This document shows, one piece after another, positions 10,399-19,537 of a stretch of DNA of 64,000 nucleotides. Location: assembly GCA_021792615.1 (NCBI GenBank), contig JAJYUJ010000002.1, positions 20,157 to 84,156 on the forward strand, read 5' to 3'. Origin of the DNA: a bacterium. Its GTDB lineage: Bacteria; JAMCPX01. Numbering within the stretch: the first letter of the stretch is position 1; the number at the start of each line of letters is the position of its first letter. The notes beneath the pieces were generated by a model that was not told where the DNA came from, made no database searches, and was given only the letters and a program-made list of their open reading frames with translations. Both the position numbers and the translations under genes were made by a program.

Positions 10399-12972
10399 TT
10401 AATACAGTGTTGCGCCCGGTATATTTGAACCGGTCAGATCGTAGAACGCCTTCTGGAGTAATTCAACATCGAACTCCGTATTGTGAATACCCATACTGCC
10501 TTCATTCGCAACAACATTATAATTGTACACAGCATCCAGTTCTTGTTGAGTAAAGGTGTCCGTAAAACTGAATCCTGCAGTACCATTCGAAGGTGATAAG
10601 ACATTGGCGGTCCCTCTTGCTGTAGGTATATTAACCGTCCAAACCACAGGGTTACCGTTTATATCAACCGTATTTGCCGTGCAGGTGCCTGCAGATGTTG
10701 GAGTACTGGTTGTCGTAATAGCACATGCGATCACACTCAAGAGTCCCTGGACGCGGTCCTGCACTCCTTCCTGGCCCTCAATTGCTGTTGAACCGTCCCA
10801 GTCCGGGACAGAGGTTGCAAGTCTTGGCTCAACCCACGTATCAAAGCCGGTCACGATATTCCCATCACCTGTTCCTGTCGGTACCCCGACTATATGGCAC
10901 TGGGCACACGACTCTGTATCATCAACAAGCCCGTCAGACATGGCAAAGCTATGGTTGCCCGTCGTAACTGTAAAGTACGATGGATTGTACATATGACACG
11001 TCACGCACAGGTCTTTACCGTTCGTAGATGACAGGGCGCCTGTCGTATGCGGTGAACTCTGCACCGTAGCAGCATACGCACCCGCACCTACCAGGGTAAA
11101 TCCTTGTCCCGCTGCAAACACCTCGGCTGTTGTGTGATGTATATCAACTGCTGAAGCGGCTGCTGCTGCTGCTGACGTAGAGCCTGCCTGGCTCAAAGCC
11201 AAAGCGTTCTGAATAGCTGAATTGGGGTTTGACGTCTGGTCCGTATGACACATGGTACATATCGCACCCGCGCCAACGTTGGTGAGGGTAAAGCTGCCAC
11301 CTGCAACAGCCTCCGACCCATAAAGTCTGAGTTGATTTGGATTTGCAGCACTGTGCGGGTCATGACACGCAACACAGTTTACCGGGTATGGATTTGTTAC
11401 TATGGTAGGTGGCTGACCTTCAAAGTTTACTGCCACTATCTCTTGAGAAACGTGGCACTGAACACAGCCTAAATTCTTGGTCACAGATCCGCCTGCTGCT
11501 GTCAGGCTCTGTGCATGTACCGATGTCCTCCATTCATTTGGTATATCCTCGTCATCTGTATCATCGTGGCACTGGAAACACACGGACTGATCGTAGCTGA
11601 GTGTACCGGTATGAACGCTGCCCGGGCCATGACAATTTTCACACTGTATATTGCTCATGTTCTTCAGCGACTGCGGCATAGTGTTCCAATTGTTATAGTT
11701 TATTGCATAGCTGTCATTGTTTGCTACAAACGGGAATATCCATCCGGATGCCTCATAAGCACTCCACCACCCGTTACTTGAAACCGTTTGTTCCGGCGTA
11801 TCCCCCAGTGTATGGCAGCCGGCACAATGAAGTGTATAGTTATCATCATCCTGATAGTCGCCGTTAATCATTTTGGTAAACATGGTTGCATGCTTTGTTC
11901 CGAGCCATGGGCCAACCGTCAAAGGTGCATTTGCCACGTTGCCGTTATGGCACTGCGCACACTCCTGCCATCCCACGTAGGTTCCCGCATTCACGGTGAG
12001 TTCCTGACCCGACACAGCCTCGAGGAACACATACTGTCCCGCAATATCCGGTGTAAAACTGGGTGTTTGAGATGCCGGGTTTGTAAGGGCAGTTACATCC
12101 GAGCCGCCGGGTGCGGAAACAACCTGCCAGTTCCAGGTCGATTGTGTGCCCCCGTTTGTACCGCCGTCAAGGTACTGGGTAATACCTATGGGAACATTTT
12201 TTAAACCGCTGGTCATGGACGCAGGGGCTATATAAACTGTCGTCGTCGAGGTATTCGTACCATCGGAAACGGTGAGCTGAAATGCAAAGTCATTGCTATT
12301 GGCATAATTACCGGCCCCAAGCCAGGCCGAGATACCAAGCATACCAAACCTGTCCGGTATCTGGACCGGCACATCGAGTGATGAGAAAAATTGCTGTAAG
12401 GTCGGCAGTTGAACTTGCAATGTCGCGTTACTTGTACCGTTAAGAAATGTCACGGGCGCGGCTATAAATTGCCCTGCATAGTTTGGAACCTGTGTCCATG
12501 AATAGGTTAACGACTTCCCGGACGCGCTTGTACTTGCACTGCCGTCTATAGTAACGACAGCGCCGTATCCCACATCCCATTGATCTTTACCCGCATTGGC
12601 GATGATCGGTACAGACGGCGGAGCAGAAAGCTGGAATGGTATGTTCATGGTCTTACCCGCGACGATAGAAATATACCCCGTAGTTTGTGATATGAAACCG
12701 CCCATTGACGCTGTGATCTGATAGATACCGACCGGTACATTTTGAATTGTAAAATTGCCGTTTGTATCCGTTGTAGCGGAAAACAAGGCAGGTGAGACTG
12801 TTACCAGTGCGCCGGGTAACGGCTTTTTCGTTGCGGTATCAACAACACTTCCGCTTATGGTACCCGAGCTCAACCCTGCGGAGCCTGTCGAACCTTTACA
12901 ACCTGCCATTACAAGACTTACGAAAAGTCCTGCAATAAATAGACATATATATTGTTTAGAAACTATTTTCAT
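10399..12972 (-). CDS. Lipoprotein multiheme (9 CxxCH) cytochrome c with N-terminal carboxypeptidase-regulatory-like and PKD-like domains
   Basis: Lipobox MAGC; ANAGKDQ PKD-like start; CAQCH, CAGCH, CENCH, CFQCH, CVQCH, CVACH, CTMCH, CVTCH, CAQCH; C-terminal YNY..GSMGIHN..LL. Confidence 0.88.
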   Translation of the reverse strand: MKIVSKQYICLFIAGLFVSLVMAGCKGSTGSAGLSSGTISGSVVDTATKKPLPGALVTVSPALFSATTDTNGNFTIQNVPVGIYQITASMGGFISQTTGYISIVAGKTMNIPFQLSAPPSVPIIANAGKDQWDVGYGAVVTIDGSASTSASGKSLTYSWTQVPNYAGQFIAAPVTFLNGTSNATLQVQLPTLQQFFSSLDVPVQIPDRFGMLGISAWLGAGNYANSNDFAFQLTVSDGTNTSTTTVYIAPASMTSGLKNVPIGITQYLDGGTNGGTQSTWNWQVVSAPGGSDVTALTNPASQTPSFTPDIAGQYVFLEAVSGQELTVNAGTYVGWQECAQCHNGNVANAPLTVGPWLGTKHATMFTKMINGDYQDDDNYTLHCAGCHTLGDTPEQTVSSNGWWSAYEASGWIFPFVANNDSYAINYNNWNTMPQSLKNMSNIQCENCHGPGSVHTGTLSYDQSVCFQCHDDTDDEDIPNEWRTSVHAQSLTAAGGSVTKNLGCVQCHVSQEIVAVNFEGQPPTIVTNPYPVNCVACHDPHSAANPNQLRLYGSEAVAGGSFTLTNVGAGAICTMCHTDQTSNPNSAIQNALALSQAGSTSAAAAAASAVDIHHTTAEVFAAGQGFTLVGAGAYAATVQSSPHTTGALSSTNGKDLCVTCHMYNPSYFTVTTGNHSFAMSDGLVDDTESCAQCHIVGVPTGTGDGNIVTGFDTWVEPRLATSVPDWDGSTAIEGQEGVQDRVQGLLSVIACAITTTSTPTSAGTCTANTVDINGNPVVWTVNIPTARGTANVLSPSNGTAGFSFTDTFTQQELDAVYNYNVVANEGSMGIHNTEFDVELLQKAFYDLTGSNIPGATLY

Positions 12973-13154
12973 AGCGTCTCCCTTCTTGTACTATTCTATT
13001 ACTTTTGGGAATATCTTAAATAAAGAACTTATGCAATAAAAATTTTAACAGTGAGTGGCATAAAAACAATTTACGGACAGTCTGCCCAATGGTGTATATG
13101 CAATCGGTTGTTTTTGTTTTGCTTTAACGATGAATATCGGGTATAAAAACAGGG

Positions 13155-13643
13155 ATGAAGAAGATTTACAATACGGTTATTTTAATTGTCGCCACCGGCA
13201 TGTTTATCGGATACCTGCCCTTTGCACCGGGCACATTCGGCAGTATACTGGGTGGGGCACTCTCTTATTTTGTCTCAAAATATCTGGACCCCTATCAGTC
13301 ACTCATGGTACTCGGCGCGCTGCTGGTCATCGGGACCCTCGCTGCGGGTAAGGCGGAAAAGATTCTGAACGAGCAAGACAGCGGGAAAATAGTCATTGAC
13401 GAGATTGCCGGTATGTATATCACTTTGTTGTTTATACCGCCGGGCATTGTACCGCTAATCATCGGGTTCCTCTGTTTCAGGGCCCTTGACATAAGCAAAC
13501 CCTACCCGATTTCATACCTTGATAAGAATGTCCACGGTGGTATCGGTATTATGCTTGATGACGTAGCCGCGGGGATAGCCGCAAATATTCTTGTCCGTAT
13601 ACTCATTTTTTTATTGGAGATACTGATAGGCCGGTCCCTATGA
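13155..13643 (+). CDS. pgpA: Phosphatidylglycerophosphatase A
   Basis: PFAPGTFGS, DSGKIVIDEIAG, FRALDISKPYPI, GGIGIMLDD. Confidence 0.95.
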   Translation: MKKIYNTVILIVATGMFIGYLPFAPGTFGSILGGALSYFVSKYLDPYQSLMVLGALLVIGTLAAGKAEKILNEQDSGKIVIDEIAGMYITLLFIPPGIVPLIIGFLCFRALDISKPYPISYLDKNVHGGIGIMLDDVAAGIAANILVRILIFLLEILIGRSL

Positions 13644-14212
13644 TAAGGGCGTTTATCGCATTACCCGTAGAAGAAGCTGCACGTTCTGCTTTGCGAAAGG
13701 TCATCGATGAGCTGCGCCCCGTGGGCATGGGCGACAGGTATTCGGTGCGATGGGTTGAAAGAGACAATATTCATCTTACGCTCAAGTTCCTCAATTCTAT
13801 CGACGGGCAGCAGATAAAGCGGGTAACCGGGGCGATGGACACACTCAAGGGAATGAAGGCATTTAGGATCGAGTTGCATACCATAGGTGCATTCCCTTCT
13901 CTTGCAAGACCAAGGGTTTTGTGGATAGGTATAGAACAACAAGAACAGGTAAAGGCATTATTTGACAAGTTAGAAGTTTCTATTCATGACCTCAACGGCG
14001 AAGACAGGCCGTTTACCGCACACATAACCATCGGACGGGTCAATGGTACCGTGGACAATCAAGGCCTTGAAAAAATAATTAAGGTGTGGGATGATATTTT
14101 AATAAGTAGTTCTTTTGTTGACAGGGTAGTCCTGTTTCAAAGTATACTTGGTTCCAAAGGCGCTGTTTACCGTTCTTTATATACTGTAGACCTGAACAAG
14201 GAGGCATTATGA
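13640..14212 (+). CDS. thpR: RNA 2',3'-cyclic phosphodiesterase (2H family)
   Basis: RAFIAL start; two HxT motifs HLTLKFL and HITIGR. Confidence 0.92.
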   Translation: MIRAFIALPVEEAARSALRKVIDELRPVGMGDRYSVRWVERDNIHLTLKFLNSIDGQQIKRVTGAMDTLKGMKAFRIELHTIGAFPSLARPRVLWIGIEQQEQVKALFDKLEVSIHDLNGEDRPFTAHITIGRVNGTVDNQGLEKIIKVWDDILISSSFVDRVVLFQSILGSKGAVYRSLYTVDLNKEAL

Positions 14213-15252
14213 CAGTTATTGATACACAGAGTAAAAAGAAGGCCCTCGATATGGCCCTCGCAAACATCGAAAAACAGTTTGGCAAGGGCAGCATCATGAA
14301 GCTTGGCACGACAGGGGCCATCGTTGATACGCCCGTTATACCGACAGGCTCACTCGGCCTGGACATAGCACTTGGCGTCGGCGGCATTCCCAAGGGCAGG
14401 GTCGTTGAAATTTTTGGTCCCGAATCATCCGGTAAAACGACCCTGACACTTCACATCATTGCCGAGGCACAAAAGGCCGGCGGTGTTGCAGCCTTCATCG
14501 ATGCGGAACATGCCCTTGATATCAACTATGCCCGAAAACTCGGTGTTAATATCGACGAACTGCTTGTTTCCCAGCCCGATTCCGGGGAACAGGCACTGGA
14601 GATAACGGACACCCTGGTGCGAAGCGGTGCCATCGACATTGTTGTCATAGATTCCGTTGCGGCACTCGTGCCGAAGTCGGAGCTTGAAGGAGATATGGGG
14701 GATGCGCAAATGGGCGCCCAGGCAAGGCTTATGTCTCAGGCGCTGCGTAAGCTTACGGCGAACATAAGCAAGACCCAGACAATCGTTATTTTTACCAATC
14801 AGATAAGGATGAAGATCGGCGTATTTTTCGGCAACCCTGAAACAACGACGGGAGGCAATGCCTTGAAGTTCTATGCATCCGTCAGGATAGATATCCGCCG
14901 CGTCAACAATATCAAGGAAGGCGACTCTATCATAGGGACAAGGACCAAGGTAAAGATAGTAAAGAATAAGGTAGCACCTCCGTTCCGGGAGAGCGAGTTT
15001 GACATATACTACGGGGAGGGCGTTTCAAAAACCGGCGAGATCATTGACATCGGGACGGAGATAAAGGCAATAGATAAGAGCGGGGCGTGGTATACGTTCA
15101 ACAACGAGCGTATCGGCCAGGGCAGGGACAACACGAGATTGTTCCTGAAAGAACACCCCGAGATTAGCGAAAAAATAGAGGAAAAGATAAAACAGCATTT
15201 CAGTCTTATTAAAAACGACAAGGCACAAAAAAGGGAACAGGAGAAGGCTTAG
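14209..15252 (+). CDS. recA: Recombinase A
   Basis: [41 protein letters not shown]. Confidence 0.99.
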   Translation: MTVIDTQSKKKALDMALANIEKQFGKGSIMKLGTTGAIVDTPVIPTGSLGLDIALGVGGIPKGRVVEIFGPESSGKTTLTLHIIAEAQKAGGVAAFIDAEHALDINYARKLGVNIDELLVSQPDSGEQALEITDTLVRSGAIDIVVIDSVAALVPKSELEGDMGDAQMGAQARLMSQALRKLTANISKTQTIVIFTNQIRMKIGVFFGNPETTTGGNALKFYASVRIDIRRVNNIKEGDSIIGTRTKVKIVKNKVAPPFRESEFDIYYGEGVSKTGEIIDIGTEIKAIDKSGAWYTFNNERIGQGRDNTRLFLKEHPEISEKIEEKIKQHFSLIKNDKAQKREQEKA

Positions 15253-16404
15253 ATGGAGTTAAATGACATCCTTAAGGTTGCAACGAAGGCAAACGCATCC
15301 GATATACACTTAAAGGCAGGGCTGCCTCCCATATTCAGAATAAACGGCTCACTGGTGCCGTACAAAGAAGCCCCGCGGCTTACACCCGAGGACCTCGGAA
15401 GGATGACCTTTGGAATCATGACCCCTGTCCAGAGAGAGAAGTTTAAGACCACCTATGAGCTGGATATGGCGTATGGCGTACCCGGACTGGGAAGGTTCAG
15501 GGTAAATATATTTCAGCAGAGGGGAACCATAGGCGCTGTATTCAGGGTTATACCTTTCGGTGTGCCGTCCTTTGATCAGTTGAACCTTCCAAAGGTTATA
15601 GAGAAAATAGCGTTGGAACAAAGAGGGCTTGTGCTGGTCACCGGGACAACAGGCAGCGGAAAATCGACGACCCTTGCCTCGGTGATCGATCATATCAATG
15701 CGAACAGGACATCCCACATCATGACCATAGAGGATCCGATCGAGTATCTGCTGAGGGACAAAAAGAGTATCGTCAATCAGCGGGAACTCGGTGTCGACAC
15801 CCAGAGCTTCGCGACAGCGCTGAGGAGTGCACTGAGGGAAGACCCGGACGTCATTCTCGTCGGAGAAATGAGGGATTTTGAAACGATCGAAACAGCCATA
15901 ACCGCCGCTGAAACGGGACATCTCGTTCTCAGCACCCTGCACACACTCGATGCAAAGGAATCGATAAACAGGGTGGTGTCTATTTTCCCTCCTTATCAGC
16001 AGAAGGCGGTCCGCCTGCAGCTCGCATCGATTCTAAAAGCAGTTATCTCCCAGAGGCTTGTGCCAAAGGCTGATAATAAAGGAAGGGTACCTGCAATCGA
16101 GGTCATGATAGCGACGGCGAGAATACGGGAGCTTATCGCTGACGAGGAAAGGATCGCGGAGATCCACGACACCATAGCAAAGGGATTTACAACCTACGGC
16201 ATGCAGACATTCGATCAATCCCTGCTTCAATTGTTCAGACAAAACCTCATAACGTATGAAGAGGCACTGCGGCAATCGACCAACCCGGACGATTTTGCCC
16301 TGAGGGTCAAAGGCATAACATCGACCTCCGATATGTCATGGGACGACTTCGATAAAAAATCCGCTGCCGGCAAAGACGAAGATTTCAAGATAGAGAAGTT
16401 TTGA
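15253..16404 (+). CDS. pilT: Type IV pilus retraction ATPase PilT family
   Basis: ASDIHL, GTTGSGKST, TIEDPIE, ALREDPDVILVGEMRD, AETGHLVLSTLHT, GMQTFDQ. Confidence 0.93.
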   Translation: MELNDILKVATKANASDIHLKAGLPPIFRINGSLVPYKEAPRLTPEDLGRMTFGIMTPVQREKFKTTYELDMAYGVPGLGRFRVNIFQQRGTIGAVFRVIPFGVPSFDQLNLPKVIEKIALEQRGLVLVTGTTGSGKSTTLASVIDHINANRTSHIMTIEDPIEYLLRDKKSIVNQRELGVDTQSFATALRSALREDPDVILVGEMRDFETIETAITAAETGHLVLSTLHTLDAKESINRVVSIFPPYQQKAVRLQLASILKAVISQRLVPKADNKGRVPAIEVMIATARIRELIADEERIAEIHDTIAKGFTTYGMQTFDQSLLQLFRQNLITYEEALRQSTNPDDFALRVKGITSTSDMSWDDFDKKSAAGKDEDFKIEKF

Positions 16405-16407
16405 TCG

Positions 16408-19050
16408 GTGAATACGAAAGAAGTCAGAGACACCTTCCTTAGATATTTCGTTTCAAACGGGCATAGGCTTGTGCAGAGTTCTCCGCTTATTCCTCAGAAC
16501 GATCCGACCCTGCTTTTTACCAATGCAGGCATGGTTCAGTTCAAAAAGATATTTACCGGCGAAGAAACAGCCGGCTACACCAGGGCATGCACATCGCAGA
16601 AGTGCGTACGGGCAGGAGGAAAACACAACGACCTTGAAAATGTAGGCTACACGGCACGGCACCATACCTTTTTTGAAATGCTCGGCAATTTTTCTTTCGG
16701 CGATTATTTTAAGAAAGATGCAATCCGGTTTGCATGGGAGCTTTTGACCGAACATTTCAAACTGCCCGCTGAACGGCTGTGGATAACCGTTTTTAATGAT
16801 GACGATGATGCGTACCATCTATGGCAGAACGATATAAAAATACCCTCGAGTCATATCGTGCGGATGGGGGAAAAGGACAACTTCTGGTCCATGGGAGACA
16901 CGGGTCCGTGCGGTCCTTGCTCCGAAATCATATTCGACCAGGGCGAGGCGGTTCCGTGTGATAACCCTGAAGACGGTATAGGCTCCGATTGCGACCGGTA
17001 TCTTGAAATATGGAATCTTGTCTTCATGCAGTACAACAAGCAACAGGACTCATCCTTTGTCCCCCTTCCGAAACCGAGCATCGACACCGGCATGGGGCTC
17101 GAAAGGATAAGCGCCGTGCTGTCCGGGGTAACGAGCAACTACGATATAGATATTTTCAAAAGCATCATCGCCGGTTTGTCCGACACACTTCATACAACGT
17201 ATGAGCGGGACAAACTCACCGGCACCGCGTTGCGGGTAATAGCCGACCATATCAGGGCAGCGGTCTTTTTAATCAACGACGGCGTATACCCTTCCAACGA
17301 GCAGCGCGGATACGTTCTGAGAAGAATCTTACGGCGTGCATTGCGCTATGCGTTTATGATAGGCATGCGGGAGCCGCTCCTGTATACCTCGGCAGGCCGC
17401 GTTGTCGAACTCTACAACGATACTTATACAGACCTTTCCGCACATGAGGCCATAATCAGGTCTACCATTCAAGAAGAAGAAACGAAATTTTTAACGACGC
17501 TTGAAAGGGGGCTGGCGTTTATCGACGAACACCTGCACGCGCTGCAATCATCCGGTGTCAAGACCATAGACGGAGAGTTCGCCTTTAAGCTCTATGATAC
17601 GTACGGCTTCCCCATCGATATCCTGTCCGACATTGCAAAAGAAAACGGGTCGAGCGTTGATTATCCGGCGTTCAGCCGGCTTATGGACGGGCAAAAAAAG
17701 AAGGCACGGGAGGCAAGCAGGTTCGGCAAGGCCCTGGACATAAAAGACACCTCGCTGTACAACCAGATAGTGCAGGCCCTTGGTCCGACGGAGTTTGCCG
17801 GTTACCGGAGATTGACATTAAAAACACCCCTTGAGTACATCATAAAAAACGATCAGCTCGCCGATGAACTTAAAGAAGGAGAGGAAGGTATCCTCATTTT
17901 CAAGGAAACGCCGTTCTATGCAGAGTCGGGCGGCCAGGCAGGTGACAGCGGGATGATATCTGCCGGCTACAACAAATTCGCCGTGTCGGACACGGTCAAA
18001 CCGCTTGAAGGGCTCGTAGCCCACAGAGGAAAGGTAGAACACGGGCGTTTCATAAAAGGACAAAATCTTGAGCTCGCGGTGAATAGGGAGAGCCGTCAGG
18101 CAACAGCTTTGCACCATACGGCAACACACCTTTTACAGGCGGCATTGAGGAAACTGATCGGTTCACACATTACACAGGCAGGCTCATTCGTCAGTCCGGC
18201 GAGGCTCAGGTTTGACTTCACGCACAATCGTCCGGTCAGTCCGGAAGAAATTCTCAGGATTGAAGAAACCGTAAATCAATGGATACGGGAGAACCACGAA
18301 GTCAATATAACCTTTTCGTCATTGGATGACGCTGTAAAGGAAGGCGCCATGGCACTGTTCGATGAAAAGTATAAAGACGTCGTCAGGGTCATCACCATCG
18401 ATAAAATCAGCAAGGAGCTGTGCGGCGGCACCCACATAAAACGTACAGGCGACATCGGCTTGTTCGTTATAACAAAGGAATCGTCCGTGTCGGCAGGCGT
18501 GAGGAGGATAGAGGCAGTGACCGGCGACGTTGCCTATAAATTCGTACGGGAAAAGATGTCCCTGCTCAAAGATATTTCCGCAGAATTGGGAACAGCCGAG
18601 CCGGATATTATGACCGGCCTGAGCAAGCAGCGGCAAAAAATAAAAGAACTGGAAAAAACCGGAACGCACACGGCAAAACCCCTGTCCGAACTTTCAAACG
18701 ATATACTTTCAAAGGCAGTACACCTTGATGGGATGAGAATCGTCAGTGCTGTTCTTGATCAGGGTACGCTCGACGATGTGCGGGCATTATCCGATACCAT
18801 AAAGCAAAAACTGCAATCAGGCATAGGGGCCATAGGGATCACCATCAACAACAAGGCAAACATCATAGTTTTTGTTACGGCTAATCTTACGCAGCGCTAT
18901 GACGCAGGGAAGATAGCGAAACGGATGGCAGTCATTGTCGGCGGCAGCGGTGGGGGTAGGAAGGATTTCGCACAGGCAGGCGGGCCGTCTGTGGATAAAC
19001 TGGGGGATGCCGTCGGGCAGATCGTAACTTTGGTAAAAGAAGAAGCATAG
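16408..19050 (+). CDS. alaS: Alanine--tRNA ligase
   Basis: DPTLLFTNAGM, HHTFFEMLGNFSFGDYFK, HTATHLL, ELCGGTH, GGGR..FAQAGG. Confidence 0.99.
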   Translation: MNTKEVRDTFLRYFVSNGHRLVQSSPLIPQNDPTLLFTNAGMVQFKKIFTGEETAGYTRACTSQKCVRAGGKHNDLENVGYTARHHTFFEMLGNFSFGDYFKKDAIRFAWELLTEHFKLPAERLWITVFNDDDDAYHLWQNDIKIPSSHIVRMGEKDNFWSMGDTGPCGPCSEIIFDQGEAVPCDNPEDGIGSDCDRYLEIWNLVFMQYNKQQDSSFVPLPKPSIDTGMGLERISAVLSGVTSNYDIDIFKSIIAGLSDTLHTTYERDKLTGTALRVIADHIRAAVFLINDGVYPSNEQRGYVLRRILRRALRYAFMIGMREPLLYTSAGRVVELYNDTYTDLSAHEAIIRSTIQEEETKFLTTLERGLAFIDEHLHALQSSGVKTIDGEFAFKLYDTYGFPIDILSDIAKENGSSVDYPAFSRLMDGQKKKAREASRFGKALDIKDTSLYNQIVQALGPTEFAGYRRLTLKTPLEYIIKNDQLADELKEGEEGILIFKETPFYAESGGQAGDSGMISAGYNKFAVSDTVKPLEGLVAHRGKVEHGRFIKGQNLELAVNRESRQATALHHTATHLLQAALRKLIGSHITQAGSFVSPARLRFDFTHNRPVSPEEILRIEETVNQWIRENHEVNITFSSLDDAVKEGAMALFDEKYKDVVRVITIDKISKELCGGTHIKRTGDIGLFVITKESSVSAGVRRIEAVTGDVAYKFVREKMSLLKDISAELGTAEPDIMTGLSKQRQKIKELEKTGTHTAKPLSELSNDILSKAVHLDGMRIVSAVLDQGTLDDVRALSDTIKQKLQSGIGAIGITINNKANIIVFVTANLTQRYDAGKIAKRMAVIVGGSGGGRKDFAQAGGPSVDKLGDAVGQIVTLVKEEA

Positions 19051-19090
19051 TTTTATATAGAAATAATTTAGATTTGAATGGAGGAAAAAA

Positions 19091-19282
19091 ATGGCAAAGG
19101 TTTGCAAAATATGCGGTAAAGGATCCCTGTACGGGAACAATGTCAGTCATGCCAACAACAAAACCAGAAGAAGGTGGGAACCAAACCTTCAGAGGATAAA
19201 AATTGTATTGGACGGCAGTGTCAAAAGTGTTTATGTGTGTTCAAGATGTATAAAATCCGGCAAGATCCAAAAAGCCGTATAA
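19091..19282 (+). CDS. rpmB: 50S ribosomal protein L28
   Basis: [30 protein letters not shown] (Zn-binding form). Confidence 0.97.
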   Translation: MAKVCKICGKGSLYGNNVSHANNKTRRRWEPNLQRIKIVLDGSVKSVYVCSRCIKSGKIQKAV

Positions 19283-19297
19283 CGAAAGGATGTGTCT

Positions 19298-19414
19298 ATG
19301 AGAGAAAAGGATCGTGAACTCCGCAGAAAGCAGAGGAGAAAACAGAAGAGGCTCAAACTGAACAAAAAGGCAGCTATGCAAAAGAAGGCAGAGCAAAAAG
19401 AGGCTGAATCGTAA
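19298..19414 (+). CDS. Small highly basic protein (38 aa), unannotated in ORF track
   Basis: AAGGA SD; MREKDRELRRKQRRKQKRLKLNKKAAMQKKAEQKEAES; directly follows rpmB. Confidence 0.65.
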   Translation: MREKDRELRRKQRRKQKRLKLNKKAAMQKKAEQKEAES

Positions 19415-19537
19415 CACCGGCTTTTCTGCACGGGAACAAAAGCTGCGTCCTTCCGTAAAGGACTATAACGAGCAAATAAAATGTTGTAAATTGTAAAAAT
19501 ATGTTTTACATAGAATAAAAAAACAGGAGGAGGGAAA

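Noticed and set aside
13155-19050. pilT between recA and alaS, with no cinA or recX in the block
   Set aside because: A variant of a common deltaproteobacterial gene order, not a new system
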